The notes beneath the pieces were generated by a model. The model saw nothing but the letters and a program-made list of their open reading frames with translations. It did not search any database and was not told the origin of the DNA. A stretch of 64,000 nt of DNA from Callorhinchus milii (lineage: Eukaryota), in the NCBI RefSeq assembly GCF_018977255.1, contig NW_024704743.1, positions 35,342,001 through 35,406,000 on the forward strand, given 5' to 3'. The translations under genes were made by a program, and so were the position numbers. Shown one piece after another: positions 50,301 to 63,149 of the stretch; the stretch's first letter is position 1, and the number at the start of each line of letters is the position of its first letter.

Positions 50301-51027
50301 GCAATGTTGCTGGTTGACATTCCAGTTTCTTTTCTTTATATATTTTCTTGGCTTTCCATTGTTTTTACTTGGCAGTTTTCGCTCTACTTACTGTCTTCTC
50401 GTTTGTACTGCTGTTCCCTAGTCACACCCTCACTTGTCGTTGTGTGCTTGTGCTTTTTTCCCTTAACTCACTCTTTTGTCCTTCAGTTCCTTCTGTTTTG
50501 TTTGGAACGCTTCCAATCTAATTCCCACTTCTCAGTGTCCTTCCAGTTGTGAACCAGTCCTCTATTCTTTAACTTTTTTTAAAAAAAACTTGCTATTGTT
50601 ACAAAAAATATATACACACAATTCTATACAGACTTAATAATAATGATAATCCTTAGAATTGGTAGAGCACCCTTCACTTTGGAGGCGTCATTCCAAAGCG
50701 CTAAACAGGATATATTGAAAGGGGAAGGACTGTGTGTTTTTAAGGATGAACGCAACAGTCAATTTGCTCACAGCGACATTCAACATGGTGAGCAGGGGAG
50801 AATTCACTCAATCATAAGCATACTATCCTGGTGATGAATGGTATCCTTCCATTACATTTTTAATATCAGAGTTTTTGTGTTTTTTTTATTCAATGAACCA
50901 ACACCCATTTCACAGGTATTTACACACTGCAAACACAACAATCATTTGCTTACTGTGATTAAACAAAATATCAACCTGATCTATTTATATGTATATGTTA
51001 TGTGTATATGTTATATGTATATGTTAT

Positions 51028-51351
51028 GGAGTCCTTAGCTCAGTGGTTAGAGCACTCGCTTTGTAAGCGAGAGACCTGAGTTCAATTCCAGGCAGGTCAG
51101 GGCGAAACTTTGGGCAAGTTTCCTTACTCCACACACCTAATAATAATCCCTCCAAAAAACCCAAAACAATAATAAATTGGTCATTTTCAATCTACGACTG
51201 TTTGTGGGACACTGCTGTGCGCAATTGGCTGCCGCGTTCGCCCACAAATATACAGTCAATTCACTTTACAGTAGATTCTGTGAAGCGCTTTGAGACGTCC
51301 TCCCGACATGAAAAGCGCTATATCAAATGCAAGGATTATTATTATTATTAT
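51028..51351 (+). mobile_element. Full-length SINE, short subfamily
   Basis: Complete from head to tail. Carries the ggcaggtcagggcg insertion variant shared with 55909-56232. Confidence 0.95.
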
Positions 51352-51379
51352 TCCATGTCCTTTTCCATTATAATGGGGT

Positions 51380-51650
51380 ATACTTTAAAATCAAAAGCAA
51401 GCTGGTTAGGAGTGAGGCCTGGACTTCTTCACACAGAAGTTTTGAAGATGTGGAATGCTCTGTCCCAAGGAAAGTGTAGAAGTGGAATGAATATAGATGT
51501 TTAAAAGAGAGGTAGACAGATCTATGGGTAGTAGAAGTATTAAATGGTATAATGAAAAGGCATGGCATTGAGATTAAAAGATCTGCCATGATCCAATAAA
51601 CTAGTGGAACAGACTCTATGGCCTTAATAGCCTCCTTTTGTTCATAATTT
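51380..51650 (+). mobile_element. Decayed CR1 3' end
   Basis: ttcttcacacagaagttttgaagatgtggaatgctctgtcccaag (FFTQ..WNAL motif) and tail. Confidence 0.65.
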
Positions 51651-52333
51651 CTTTATACCTGCATATATCACATAGTTCAACAAAAGTTCTGGTGTAGCAA
51701 ATCATTAATACCAACTTATTGGGACTATTCATTGTTCATAAAGAAAGGCAATTAGAAGTTTTTAAAATTGTCTTGTTTAATCACGACCATAAATTAAGTT
51801 TACTACAGTGTCAACCTTGACTATGAGTTCAAATAATATTCCACGGATATTAGATACACAAAGAATAGGTTGTAAAGAGATCAAAGCTAAAATATTTTGT
51901 TTTTCTTTTATAACCCTAAATTTAAACGAATTGTAAACAGACTTTTACTCCTGCTGTTTGTAAGGAATTTTGTGGGTTTCATACAAATTTAAACAGCTGC
52001 TACCTAACAGTTAAAGATACTGGAATGATGCTCTGTCTTCCAAATACAACAGGAAGTAAAGATAATTCAAGACTGAAAGCAAAAGCGTGTTCCAGAGGGA
52101 CATCTGTATGGGATGGGTTAGAATATATTGTTCCTTTACCTCTGGCATTCAACTCTGGATCCATTCAAGGCAGATGGAATGACAGTCTGCTTTCTTTGAC
52201 TGATCGCAGTCCCAATTCCCAAATGGAACTAATTTAAGTAAAGATACTCAGTTTCTAATATACGTTAATCCACAACACAAGATTGTCCTCAATTTCAGTA
52301 TAAATGCTATATATTTGACATTCGTGCTCTAAA

Positions 52334-52685
52334 GAGTTCTGTAGCTCAGTGGTTAGAGCACTCACCTCGCAAGCGGGAGACCTGGGTTCAACTCCTAGCA
52401 GGTAAAACGTTGGGCAAGTTTCTTTACTCCATACACCTCTGTACCTAGCAGTAAGTGGAACACGGTTGTTAGTCAATTGGCAGATCGCTTTGCCGGGGGT
52501 AATAATTCCTTCAAAAAGTAATAGTAAATTGGTCACTCAATCAACTCTGCTGTGCGCAATTGGCTGACATGTTTCGCCCACAAAATATACAGTCAATTCA
52601 CTTTACACTATATTCTGTGAAGCACTTTGAGACATCTGGGAGAAGTGATAAGGCACTATATCAAATGCAAGGATTATTATTATTA
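52334..52685 (+). mobile_element. Full-length SINE, long subfamily
   Basis: A/B boxes; cctctgtacctagcagtaagtggaac segment; tail. Confidence 0.93.
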
Positions 52686-53011
52686 AGAAACCATGTGGAT
52701 ATCCAATTATTTGTGGGAAATGGAAAATCCCATTTAATGTAGTTAGTTGTGTTTTATTGGGGTTGAGTTTAAGGAATGGGCTTGCCTTGGCCTTGGGAAT
52801 TGTTTCACGTCCATGTTATAGTATCTTAATGTGGTCACTGCATAAACTGAACATATTCTTCATTTCTCTGTCCCTGCAAAAGTTCTGCTTCTCTAAGTAT
52901 TTCTGAATAAAGGAAAAATTATGAACCTTGATGGGTTAACGCAGAACTGTCATATCATGTTGAAACATCTCAAAGAGCTTCATATTGTGAAGTGTCTCAC
53001 CAACATCTGAA

Positions 53012-53204
53012 AGGGTGGTGGAGGCCGATTCGATAACAACTTTTAAAAACGTGGTGGACCGGTACTTGAGGAGGACGGATTTCCAGGGCTATGGGGAAAG
53101 GGCTGGGGAGTGGGATTGACATTAATTGCTCTATTCAAAGAGCCGGCACAAACTCGATGGGCCGAATGGCCTCTTTTTGTGCTGTACGATTCTATGATTC
53201 TATG
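53012..53204 (+). mobile_element. CR1 3' end with octamer tail
   Basis: gtggtggaggccgattcgataacaacttttaaa...gatgggccgaatggcctc...(gattctat)2. Confidence 0.85.
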
Positions 53205-53209
53205 ATCTA

Positions 53210-53370
53210 CAAAGTGAATTAATTTTATTTTAATCTGGGGTATTGTTGGCCAAGACACTGGGAGAAACTCCCTCTGCTTTTCAAACAGTGCCATGGGATC
53301 TTTAACGTCCACCCGAAAGGCAGACACGACCAAGGTTTAATGTCTCCCAGCACATCCCCAACGCTGCATT
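53210..53370 (-). mobile_element. DeuSINE-like fragment
   Basis: ttggccaagacactgggagaaactcc...gtgccatgggatctttaacgtccacc is the inverse of the Deu signature. Confidence 0.85.
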
Positions 53371-53386
53371 AGTTTGTTGAAGCAAT

Positions 53387-54002
53387 CAGTGCTTCGGACC
53401 CGAGTGGGGTCGGGACTGGGGACAGTGGATGGCAGGGGGGAAGGGGGGTGATCGAAGGCATGGTTGAAGAGGAGAGGCTTGAGACTGATCTTGAAGGAGA
53501 CAGGGGAGGAGGCAAGGCGGAGGGATTGCGGGATGGAGTTCCAGAGGGCAGGGGCAGAGTGGCTTAAGACTCACCCGCCAGTGGTGGGCTGGGTGAGGTG
53601 GGGGACGTGAAGCAGGCTGGAGCCTGCTGAGTGGAGGGAGTAAGCAGGTTGGTAGGGGGTTAGAAGGTCACAGAAGTAGGGGAGAGCAAGGCCATGGAGG
53701 GCTTTGAAGATGAGGACGAGGATCTTGAACTGTATCTCTACGTGATGGGAAGCCAGTGGAGTCGGGCGAGGATGGGGGTGATAGGGTCACAGAACCTGGT
53801 GCGGGAGAGGACACGGGCTGCAGAGTTCTGGATGATCTGCAACCTATAGAGGGAGGAGTTGGAGAAGCCGACAAGCAGAGAGTTTCCATAGTCAAGCCTG
53901 GATCTTATGAATGCATGTATGAGGGTTTCAGAGGCTTCAGCAACAACAACTTGCATTTATATAGCGCCCTTCACGGGGGGCAGCGTCTCAAAGTACTTAA
54001 AC
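53387..54002 (-). mobile_element. L2 fragment with its 3' terminal ~60 bp displaced to the opposite end
   Basis: Body 53387-53936 ([19 protein letters not shown]...LHWLP plus 3' UTR without tail); tail at 53941-54002. Confidence 0.88.
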
Positions 54003-54544
54003 ACCAGAGAAGAGAGTCAACATTGCAAACAAGATAGAAAGGATGGACGCAGAGCAGCCAGACTTTGAGCAAGAAAAGTAATACAGGATGTCCCTTGAGT
54101 TGTAAGTCCCGACAAGGAGAAACATTGAGCAGACTAAGATGAGAAGAGCAAAATACGTAGCTGGAGAAAAGGACATAGTGCAACCATTAAATATAACATT
54201 ACCCTTTAGACTGCGAGTGATTTATTGGTGCAATGAGTAAAAATTGAAGTCCAGAAGTGAGAGAACATTATGTTCTAATTTGGCAGTGAGAGTTTGGGAC
54301 GTACATCTCCAGGGGATGTGATTGAGATCCAGACTGTTACAGAGAGGAGCCACTTGGGTTGTATGGACAAAAGTCACTGAGATCCTGCTTAGCAGAGTGT
54401 TATTTCACAGTACTGCTGGGATTCATTTTGTCTTCGCCATTTCAGAAGAACGCCTTGAGAAATGCGCACTCACCAATTTCAATAGTTTGATGGACTAGAA
54501 CAAGCCACTTACGGCAGCCTGACTGATTGAAAAATGACAACTTT

Positions 54545-54651
54545 TCCACCTCCCCCCTCCCCCTGGCTCAGAGTCAGGCTCCAGCACTGTTGAGCGCTTT
54601 GAGACGCTACCCTGCGTGGAGGGCACGATATAAGTGCAAGTTGTTGTTGTT
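54545..54651 (+). mobile_element. Short L2 3' end
   Basis: cagcactgttgagcgctttgagacgctaccctgcgtggagggcacgatataagtgcaag(ttg)n. Confidence 0.85.
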
Positions 54652-54967
54652 AATAATAATAATCCGTGCATTTAATATAGTGCTTTTCACGTCTTCTAGA
54701 CGTCTCAAAGTGCTTCACAGAATAGACTAAAGTGAATTGACTGTATATTTGTGGGCGAAACGCGGCAGCCAATTGTGCACAGCAGTATCCCAGAAACAGT
54801 CGTGGATTGAAATGACCAATTTATTATTGTTTTTTTTTCTTGAGGATTATTATTATTATCAGGCTTGTGGAGTAAGGAAATTTGCCCAAGGTTTCACCTT
54901 GCCAAGAATCGAACCCAGGTCTCTCGCTCGCAAAGCAAGAACTCTAACCACTGAGCTACAGGACTCC
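54652..54967 (-). mobile_element. Full-length SINE, short subfamily, tail-to-tail with the L2 end
   Basis: Ends ccactgagctacaggactcc. Confidence 0.95.
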
Positions 54968-55908
54968 ACAAAACCAGGGCTTGTCCAGGATGATTCCCAG
55001 CTTGCATGTACTGTATTTTATAAATTGTAAAAAAAAATTTTTCTTTGAACTTGAGTTTCCATTACAAATTCCTTGACTTTGACATTGATGACAAGAGTTC
55101 AAGGCAAAGTCCTGCCTGCTGCAAAGCAAATATCGAAATATTTGGTGGTTTTGTTTATCCTGTTTATTTTTGGGTTCACTCGATTGATCATTAGCCAAGA
55201 TATGTATCATTGCTCCTGCGAATAGTCTGGAGTTCAAGGTTAATTAGTTCCCAACATTGCAGATGTTCTTGTACTTGACATTTAATGTCCCTTTGACTTT
55301 TGATTTATAATAAAGCCACAGTCCCAGTAATTGTGGCAGGAATTGTATACCACTGATGCATAGAGCTAATGGCAGCTGAAGAGATTCTAGATGGGGTATG
55401 ATCCGTGCTTGTCTAGTGTTTGGCTTCCATTTTTTAATTAGGAAGGCAAAATACCACTAGTTTTATGCTGTTACATAATGGTCTGAACCAACCCATTAGC
55501 ACAACTCATTTGCATGTTTTCTTCTTCGCAAATAAATAAATCACGCTTTCTATCTATGAGTTTGTAAAACAAGCTCACACGCTTTCTACAACATTGTATA
55601 GAGAACCATATGTGTACATATTGCAGCATGCATTGTCATATTATTAATGTTAAAGAGAGAGGTATCGGTATACGTGCATCATAGATCATGGGTGTCTTTC
55701 TTTGCTTGCCGGATTAGTTGATTTGGAAAATAATGAGGTGTGTCAAGTAGAATTTACTTCATGGGTGTTTGAGGGGCATTGCTGTGTGCAAATTGGCTGT
55801 CGACTTCGCCTATAAATACACAGTCCCAATACTTCACAATAAAAATCCTGTGCAGCACTTTGAGATTTCAAATGCAAGGATTATTATTGTTGTTATTAAT
55901 GATCACTT

Positions 55909-56232
55909 AATAATAATAATAATAATCCTTGCATTTGATATAGCGCTTTTCACGTCGGGAGGACGTCCCAAAGTGCTTCACAGAATATACTGTAAAGTGA
56001 ATTGACTGTATATTTGTGGGCGAACGCGGCAGCCAATTGCGCACAGCAATGTCCCACAGACAGTTGTAGATTGAAAATTACCAATTTATTATTGTTTTGG
56101 GTTTTGGAGAGATTATTATTAGGTGTGTGGAGTAAGGAAACTTGCCCAAGGTTTCGCCCTGACCTGCCTGGAATTGAACTCAGGTCTCTCGCTTGCAAAG
56201 CGAGTGCACTAACCACTGAGCTACAGGACTCC
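55909..56232 (-). mobile_element. Full-length SINE, short subfamily
   Basis: Near-perfect inverse of 51028-51351. Confidence 0.96.
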
Positions 56233-58649
56233 ACTTTGGAAGCAATACTTTGGAATTCATTACCTGGATTTGCAAATGGTGATTCCAAGTCATGGATTTA
56301 TCGTTTTCTGTGCTGGAGACACAAGGAACATTAAGCAGGTTTGCTAAGCACCTGTGGGGTGCATTGGATGACTTCCTGACAAGAATTGGACTCTATGGCT
56401 TTAAAAATTCCTACAGCAGAAACATTTCACCACTCTAGTTTCCAATGATCAGCTTTCTTCCATGCTGCGATCTGCCAAACCATCTGTAGTTTCGAAAAAT
56501 CTCTCTGAGTGTTTACTCTTTTCCCAAACCTTCTGCAGCAAAAACAAATCTCAACCTTTGAAGGATCTTGGCACAACAATAATGTCTAATCATTGGTATC
56601 ATTCCCAGTGAACCATTGCTTTGCCCTCCCTTCGGGTGCCCCATTTGTGGGTGCCCTCTCTGGGTATGCCCTCTTCATGGCTGTAGTGTGCTGCCCACGA
56701 TGAGATGCCCAAATTCTCTTCATTGTTTTTAATTCAACTTGGTGCAATCCTAGGAAGGAACAAGGAATCAGAAAAATTACTCAGCACATCTGCTTCAATC
56801 CTTATTGACGGACGTGTAGTCCTAGTAATCAGTAAAATCTGAATTAAACATTTTAACCGAACAGGATGTACATTATTGAAGATTTACCACATACTTTGTA
56901 ATTGTTTTGGTCTATTTTTTGTTGGGTGTATATCCACACTAACTCGCTATCCTCATCCTAGTGACCATTCTTCATGCAAGAGTCCACATCATTAAGACGT
57001 TTCAAAGCGCTTCACAGAATACATTGTAAAGTAAATTGACTGTTTATTTTGTGGGCAAAACAATCGCATTAATAGTGATCAGAAGTGGGAATTTAATCCT
57101 CTATTTATATTGAGGTCAATGGCCCTGGCTGAAGATCAACTGACTCAGCCCACGGTTATGTTCGCAACAGCAAAATCCTTCCATCCTTTTTCTACAATAA
57201 TGAGAGCAGTGAAAGGTGGCGAGCTCCTACCCAATTGGGTGTGATATCTGGCAAACCAATTCAACTGGTTCCTTCCCGTTTTACACCATACCACTTTCTG
57301 CTCTAATGAAGTCTTTACACGGTGTTGGTTTTTGACATGTAGCTGAAGGTAGCCTCAGAGATGAAAGCTCTCCTGTGTTTTCAATATTCAGGACATTCAC
57401 ATATTTCCCGTCTAGGGGAGGGAAGTGGGGAAGGGCTTCCATCTTCAGTTTTGGTAGTGACTTTAAGCGTGCTTTCTGGTTGTTTGTGAGAAAGTGATTA
57501 GACTAAGCAACTGATTCCCCAACATATTCCAAAGGCAAATTTGTTCTTTTAAATACAACTCTGAAGCCAAACCTGATGATTGCAAACCTCTGGAAAATTC
57601 ATAGTTTTCAGGAGTTAAACATGGTAAATGGGGGAGGGGAGAGGGTGTTAAGGGTTAAAGGTTAGAGTCACATTGGTGCTTTGGGGGCTTTTGAGGAAAT
57701 GGTAAGAAGAAGAATATTGCACTGTTGTGAGTGTGTTGATAGTCTTGAACTATTTCCCCATTGCCTCCTTGACTGGGAGCATGATTGCTGATCTGTACTT
57801 ACTATATTGATACGACAGCAATGAATAGCTTCACAAGGCAGAGCTAGGGAGCGATATAAAATATACACTGATCCCTAAAAATAGCAATCATGCCATTGAA
57901 GGGAAAATCTAGTTTATAAAGCTTTGGCCATAGAATATGTAAGATCAAATGGGTTTATATGAATTTGAAAGCCTCACTGTGAAAATTCTGCATCAGAACA
58001 AGGATTTTAATCATTTTTTTGTCACTGGAAAACATGTGAATATCCTGCAGTGTATTGCAATACCACACACAACATGGGTAACCTGTTGGTACAAGGCAAC
58101 CACAGAAACAATATGTTGAAAGATTGTGAGACACCACATGTAGTGGGTTTCATTCCTATGTAACCAACTGAGATGCAATCAAGGCTGGAACAAAGTCCAA
58201 GGTGTTGTCAAGAACAAGAACACCACTGGTAAAGGTGTGAACATGTTGACAGTAATTCTCAATGATTTCCCCCCACTCCTTCTACTAACACAACTGCTGA
58301 GCAGAATGTGGTATGCAGTGATAGCAGATCACTGCTGATGTCTGTAGCAATCAGTGCACTTAATTCAGCAATCTAGTAATTTCAGTCATTTCTAAATTGT
58401 ATGCAACACAAGTCTGCTAAAGCTAACTGTGTTCAACATTTTCCCATTCTGCAGTCATTGAAACATTTTCTGTGAATGAAAGGGCAACCCTAATGCACCA
58501 TTGGGCTCTTTTCAATTATCACAGATTAGACTCCAATATACACTGGAATTTTGAAAGAGCAGTTTTCTTCCATTCTGTTAATATTTATCAGAGATTGGCA
58601 CCCCAGTGCATAAGAATGGCTGTGCATTCCTGCCTATGAGCCACCCTGG

Positions 58650-58812
58650 TTGTATCCTCAGCGGTGCATTGGATTCCTCTGGACCTGCCTGGTTTAAGAA
58701 TCAGACTACTGAGATAGAGCATTGCCAAGCATGTCACTGGTGAGCCAGTTCAGTTCCAAGGTGATCATGTCATAAGGTCAGTCGCTATTTGGTCATTTGA
58801 CATCCAACAAGG
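58650..58812 (+). repeat. Unclassified dispersed repeat (family X), copy 4
   Basis: tggattcctctggacctgcctggtttaagaatcagactactgag, gagccagttcagttccaagg and ttggtcatttgacatccaacaag are inverses of blocks in 9548-9720. Confidence 0.8.
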
Positions 58813-59122
58813 ACAGGTTTGAGCCCTCACTACTATCCACCTGGTGGGTAGCACAACTCAGCGTGAAATTAGAACATTGCCATCATTTTCCGGTCCACAG
58901 TTCAGACACACATCTCTTCCCAATGAGGATGGTTCCATCGTTTAGAGGTGCGGAGCTTGAGTAGCAACTGCTTACCTCTCTGCAAACCAATCCAGGCGGA
59001 TTTCAAATCCTGGATATGAACGTGCGTTCATTAACCCGGACTCCAGGTAACGCCTTCCAGCAGATGTCATCCCAAGCCTCAAGAGTTTCTTCATCAGCTA
59101 TTTGATGGACGTTTAGCGTATA

Positions 59123-59748
59123 TATAATATGGCTATATTCTGGAGCAGCTGCTGAATTCAAAGAGGCTATAAATTATATTCCCTCTCAGTCTGCACTGAG
59201 TCTGCACTCTGATGTAATATGTTCCAGGACTTTTACAGGAGACTTGCAACGTGACAGCTATCTTGATATTCTTGAAGTCCAAGTATAATGCTGTGTACCA
59301 GATTTACTCAGCACCAGCTTCTCAATCCAGGTTCTCATGTGAATGGCCTTAGCAAATAGACGTGGTTGCTGTGAAGCCTCCTCCACCTCTAGCGGAGTAA
59401 CAGTCAGTCTCCCTGCTGCCACTTGCCCTGTTTGCCACAATCCACCTCACCGCTTGATCCTGGACTTCACAAATGGACTGGAGGAAGCCTCATCACCAAA
59501 TTCCCAGAGCTCAGAATCATGAAGGAGAACTGTTTGGTCACAGATGTTATACACCATGAGTGCATAAGACTCATGGCTGACGAAAAAAAATCTAACCTTT
59601 AAGCAATAGCTGTGGGTGTTGTTATAATATGGCAATGTTCTGGAACGGCTGCTGAATACAAAGGGGCTGAAAAATATTCACTCTCAGCATGCATTGAGCC
59701 TGCGCTCTGCTATAATATTTCAGACGGTGGCAGTACTTTTAAGAGGAC
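59123..59748. repeat. Pair of ~120-bp direct repeats 500 bp apart (59123-59243, 59623-59748)
   Basis: tataatatggc.at.ttctgga.c.gctgctgaat.caaag.ggct...atattc.ctctcag..tgca.tgag.ctgc.ctctg; roughly 80% identical by manual count. Confidence 0.85.
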
Positions 59749-60782
59749 AATTCTGACCTTTCCAAATAAGTTTTTCATTTATTTCAAGCCTACTGTTTTA
59801 GTGTGTGCTTCTACCTTTCATTTCACTTCACTCTTTTCACCTCAAAAGGGTGTCAAGATCAAGAGCCCTTTAAGTGCACCACTAATTTGATACCACGAAG
59901 CTAGTAGAACTACAATAAGAGGCCTCCGCACATCACAAAGTCCCAGTTTTGTGGTTGGAAGAGATGATGTGCCATTACAAAATCCTTCAGGTCCCCTGAA
60001 ACAGGTGCAAAGTAAAGCTCCCTTTGCTCGGCTCCAATTAGTCTCTGCTAACCTCAAACTCACCAGCCAGCCTCTATATCATTTTGGAATGAAAGTGCTG
60101 AATTAGTGGCTGTTGTTCTGATCTGCAGTTTGCTCTGTGCTGTGGACCTATGTCCAGTTGGACCTCTTTTCTTGTAGCACCGTTTATCTTGCAGAAGAAT
60201 TCCATCTCATCTGTGCAGGCTGGATTGGAAGCCAGATTTCAGGGGCTGGAAGAACAGTGTGTGAACTAACTTCATCATCTCCAGTGCATCCCTGTCAGTT
60301 AAGGATCCTGAAGTATTGTTGGAATATTAATTTTTTTTCATTCCTGTTGCTGGTCAACTCGTGGAGTATAAACACCAGCACAGACTGGCTGAGCCAAGCG
60401 GCCTCTTTTCCTGCTTTACTTTCTCTGGTTGAACCATGTGGAATCTGGTCTTGAACACTGTCAGGATTTATGACGGCTGGTCACCCAGTCAGACATGCGT
60501 GTTTTTTGTTGACTGATGATTGTACTTGTTATCACAAACATTCCAGTGTGTTTTATGTTGGTCTGAGAGCCTCTTGTTAATCAGGGCTCTGACCTTATTC
60601 CATCACTGGATATGCAGGAACATAGAAAGCAAGGAATCAAAAGGGTCATTCAGCCCAACAAGAATTCCTGTCACTAATCACATTTATTCCAACATCCTAT
60701 ACAGAGACTTCCTGAACTTCAAAGATAATCAAAAATGCTTAATCGTCCTTAATATTCAACCCGTGCAACATTCCCCAATATA

Positions 60783-61060
60783 TAATAATCCTTGCATTTG
60801 ATATAGTGCCTTATCACATCTTCAAGACGCCTCAAACTGCTTCACACAATATAATGTAAAGTGAATTGACTGTATTGTATGGGCGAAACGGGGCAGCCAA
60901 TTGCACACAGTAATGTCCCACAAACAGTCGTGGATTGAGTGACCAAATTAATATTATTATTAACGGATTGTTGCCCCTGGAAAAACGATCCACCAATTGG
61001 GTTCCTAATTACTGCTAGATAAATAGAGGCATGTGTGTGCAGTAAGGAAACCTGCCCAAA
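60783..61060 (-). mobile_element. SINE, long subfamily, head missing
   Basis: Tail, Deu-like block and gggttcctaattactgctagataaatagaggc. Confidence 0.9.
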
Positions 61061-61731
61061 ACTATAGAAATTCCAATGCCTCCACAACAGGTATGTGTTC
61101 ATTTCAATCTGCACTTATCCTTAGATTGTCCAATATTGTTCTCAAACAAATGTGTATCTAGTTCTTTGTTTGAAGAAATTAATGTAACATCAGCTATGCT
61201 ACCATAAAACACATGAGAAGATTTGCTTCCCTCTGACTAATTTTAAAAGATACTTAAAATGCAGCCTCATGCAGATCTGTAAGAGATCTGGTACATTACA
61301 TGGCTTTGCTCCGCTGCGTTAGTTGTAGGAATACATATTTTCCCTTTCATTAATGGCCTACAGTATCAGCCAATTGAATCACTTGTTTCCATTAATCTGC
61401 CCATTAATATTGAATAAGTTCTGTTGTCATTAATAAACTGAATGCTAAATCAAACAGAACATTTCATTCTTTAATATTGACATTCTATGATTGTATTTAT
61501 AAGGAAATTGGAATTAATATGTACAGTAAGCACTATTATAGTGCTATATCAATATTATTTGCTGTGAAAACTTGGTAGCAAAATGTAATTATTTGAATAA
61601 ATGCTTTTTTTCATACCTGATGTTATATATCTAGTCACAATTGTTTACCAGGAAGCCTGATGTGATTCGCCACACGAGAAGCTTTTTTTTAGTAAAATGG
61701 GCGAGCGGAATTTCAGACAGTGATCTTAATC

Positions 61732-62056
61732 AATAATAATAATAATAATAATAATCCTTGCATTTGATATAGCGCTTTTCACGTCGGGAGGACGTCCCAA
61801 AGCGCTTCACAGAACACACTGTAAAGTGAATTGACTGTATATTTGTGGGCGAACGCGGCAGCCAATTGCGCACAGCAATGTCCCACAAACAGTCGTAGAT
61901 TGAAAATGACCAATTTATTATTGTTTTTTGTTTTGGAGGGATTATTATTAGGCGTGAGGAGTAAGGAAACTTGCCCAAGGTTTCGTCCTGCCTGGAATTG
62001 AACTCAGGTCTCTCGCTTGCAAAGCGAGTGCTCTAACCACTGAGCTACAGGACTCC
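61732..62056 (-). mobile_element. Full-length young SINE, short subfamily
   Basis: Long (AAT)n tail; retained CpGs; complete head. Confidence 0.96.
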
Positions 62057-63149
62057 AAAATAATACTTGCATATGATATGGTTCCTTATCACGTATCGAG
62101 ATATCTGGAACATATGGCTCCTTTTCACTTATTGAGATGTCTGGTTGCAGGATGACCTAGTATAGGAGGTTCCTGGGTGTTCGAATTCAGTTCACACTAT
62201 GTATTTGCTGATCAACATGATGTATGGTATTACTTTCATTGACTTTATTATTATCCATTCAGATTTGTTATCAGTCGAATTCTCTAAGTAGCATATATGA
62301 TGGTTGCTCATAAAAATGCTGTTAACCCAAATTGTTGTTGGGAATGTTTCTGTTTTCCACTCATGCTTTCTAATCCAAATCTTCATGCATTCCTTATGAG
62401 AGAGAGCTTTGAGAGTACATTAACAGCGTCTCACTCATTTCCACACTTAAATAATTTATGTTAAGTGCCCAATAACTGAATTTATAGTTCCCACTGTCAC
62501 AAACAACAGGCATGAAATTTCAGACCTGCTAGTAATTTGCAAATCACTCAGAACCAAGCAGAAAATGAAGCCTGGGACAATAAAGGTACTTTAAACAGTA
62601 TTACCATGACCTTATATTTTCTGAAGAGTTTCATTCATCTTAACAAAAATGTCTTCCTAAAGGCATTGCTATAACTCTAATTCTAAGCAGCTCTTTTTTC
62701 CTTCAATTCTCTTCACTCTCCTCCCTTCCTCACATGAAGGCATTTAACTCTTTTTCTACTTACTCTTTCTTACTTTGGCACAGAATCATGTCTGCGCATG
62801 TGTGGAATCTTCTGAAATTATTTACATTGTTCTGTGTGGTTGGACAGTATAATTAAAATTAGCCGAAGGGTCTCCTGCATCTGAATCTCTTGTGATCTTA
62901 AACTACTTGCTTCAATCTTAAACATGAAACATATCTTTAGGCAACTGTATTAATAATAATCCTTGTTTTCGATATAGCATCTATCACGTTTGGAGGATGT
63001 TTCAAAGCATTACTCCTATACAAATATAAGTCACCATACTTTAAAGAAAGTTTGTGAAGCACTTTGAGACGCAAATTAACAGCTCGTCCAAAGGATGGCA
63101 CTTGCAAAAATGCAGCACTCCTTCATTGTTTATTATTTATATTATTTAT

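Noticed and set aside
51202..51504. Recurrent small ORFs ending [12 protein letters not shown]
   Set aside because: Translations of SINE tails and (TTA)n repeats; not a protein family.
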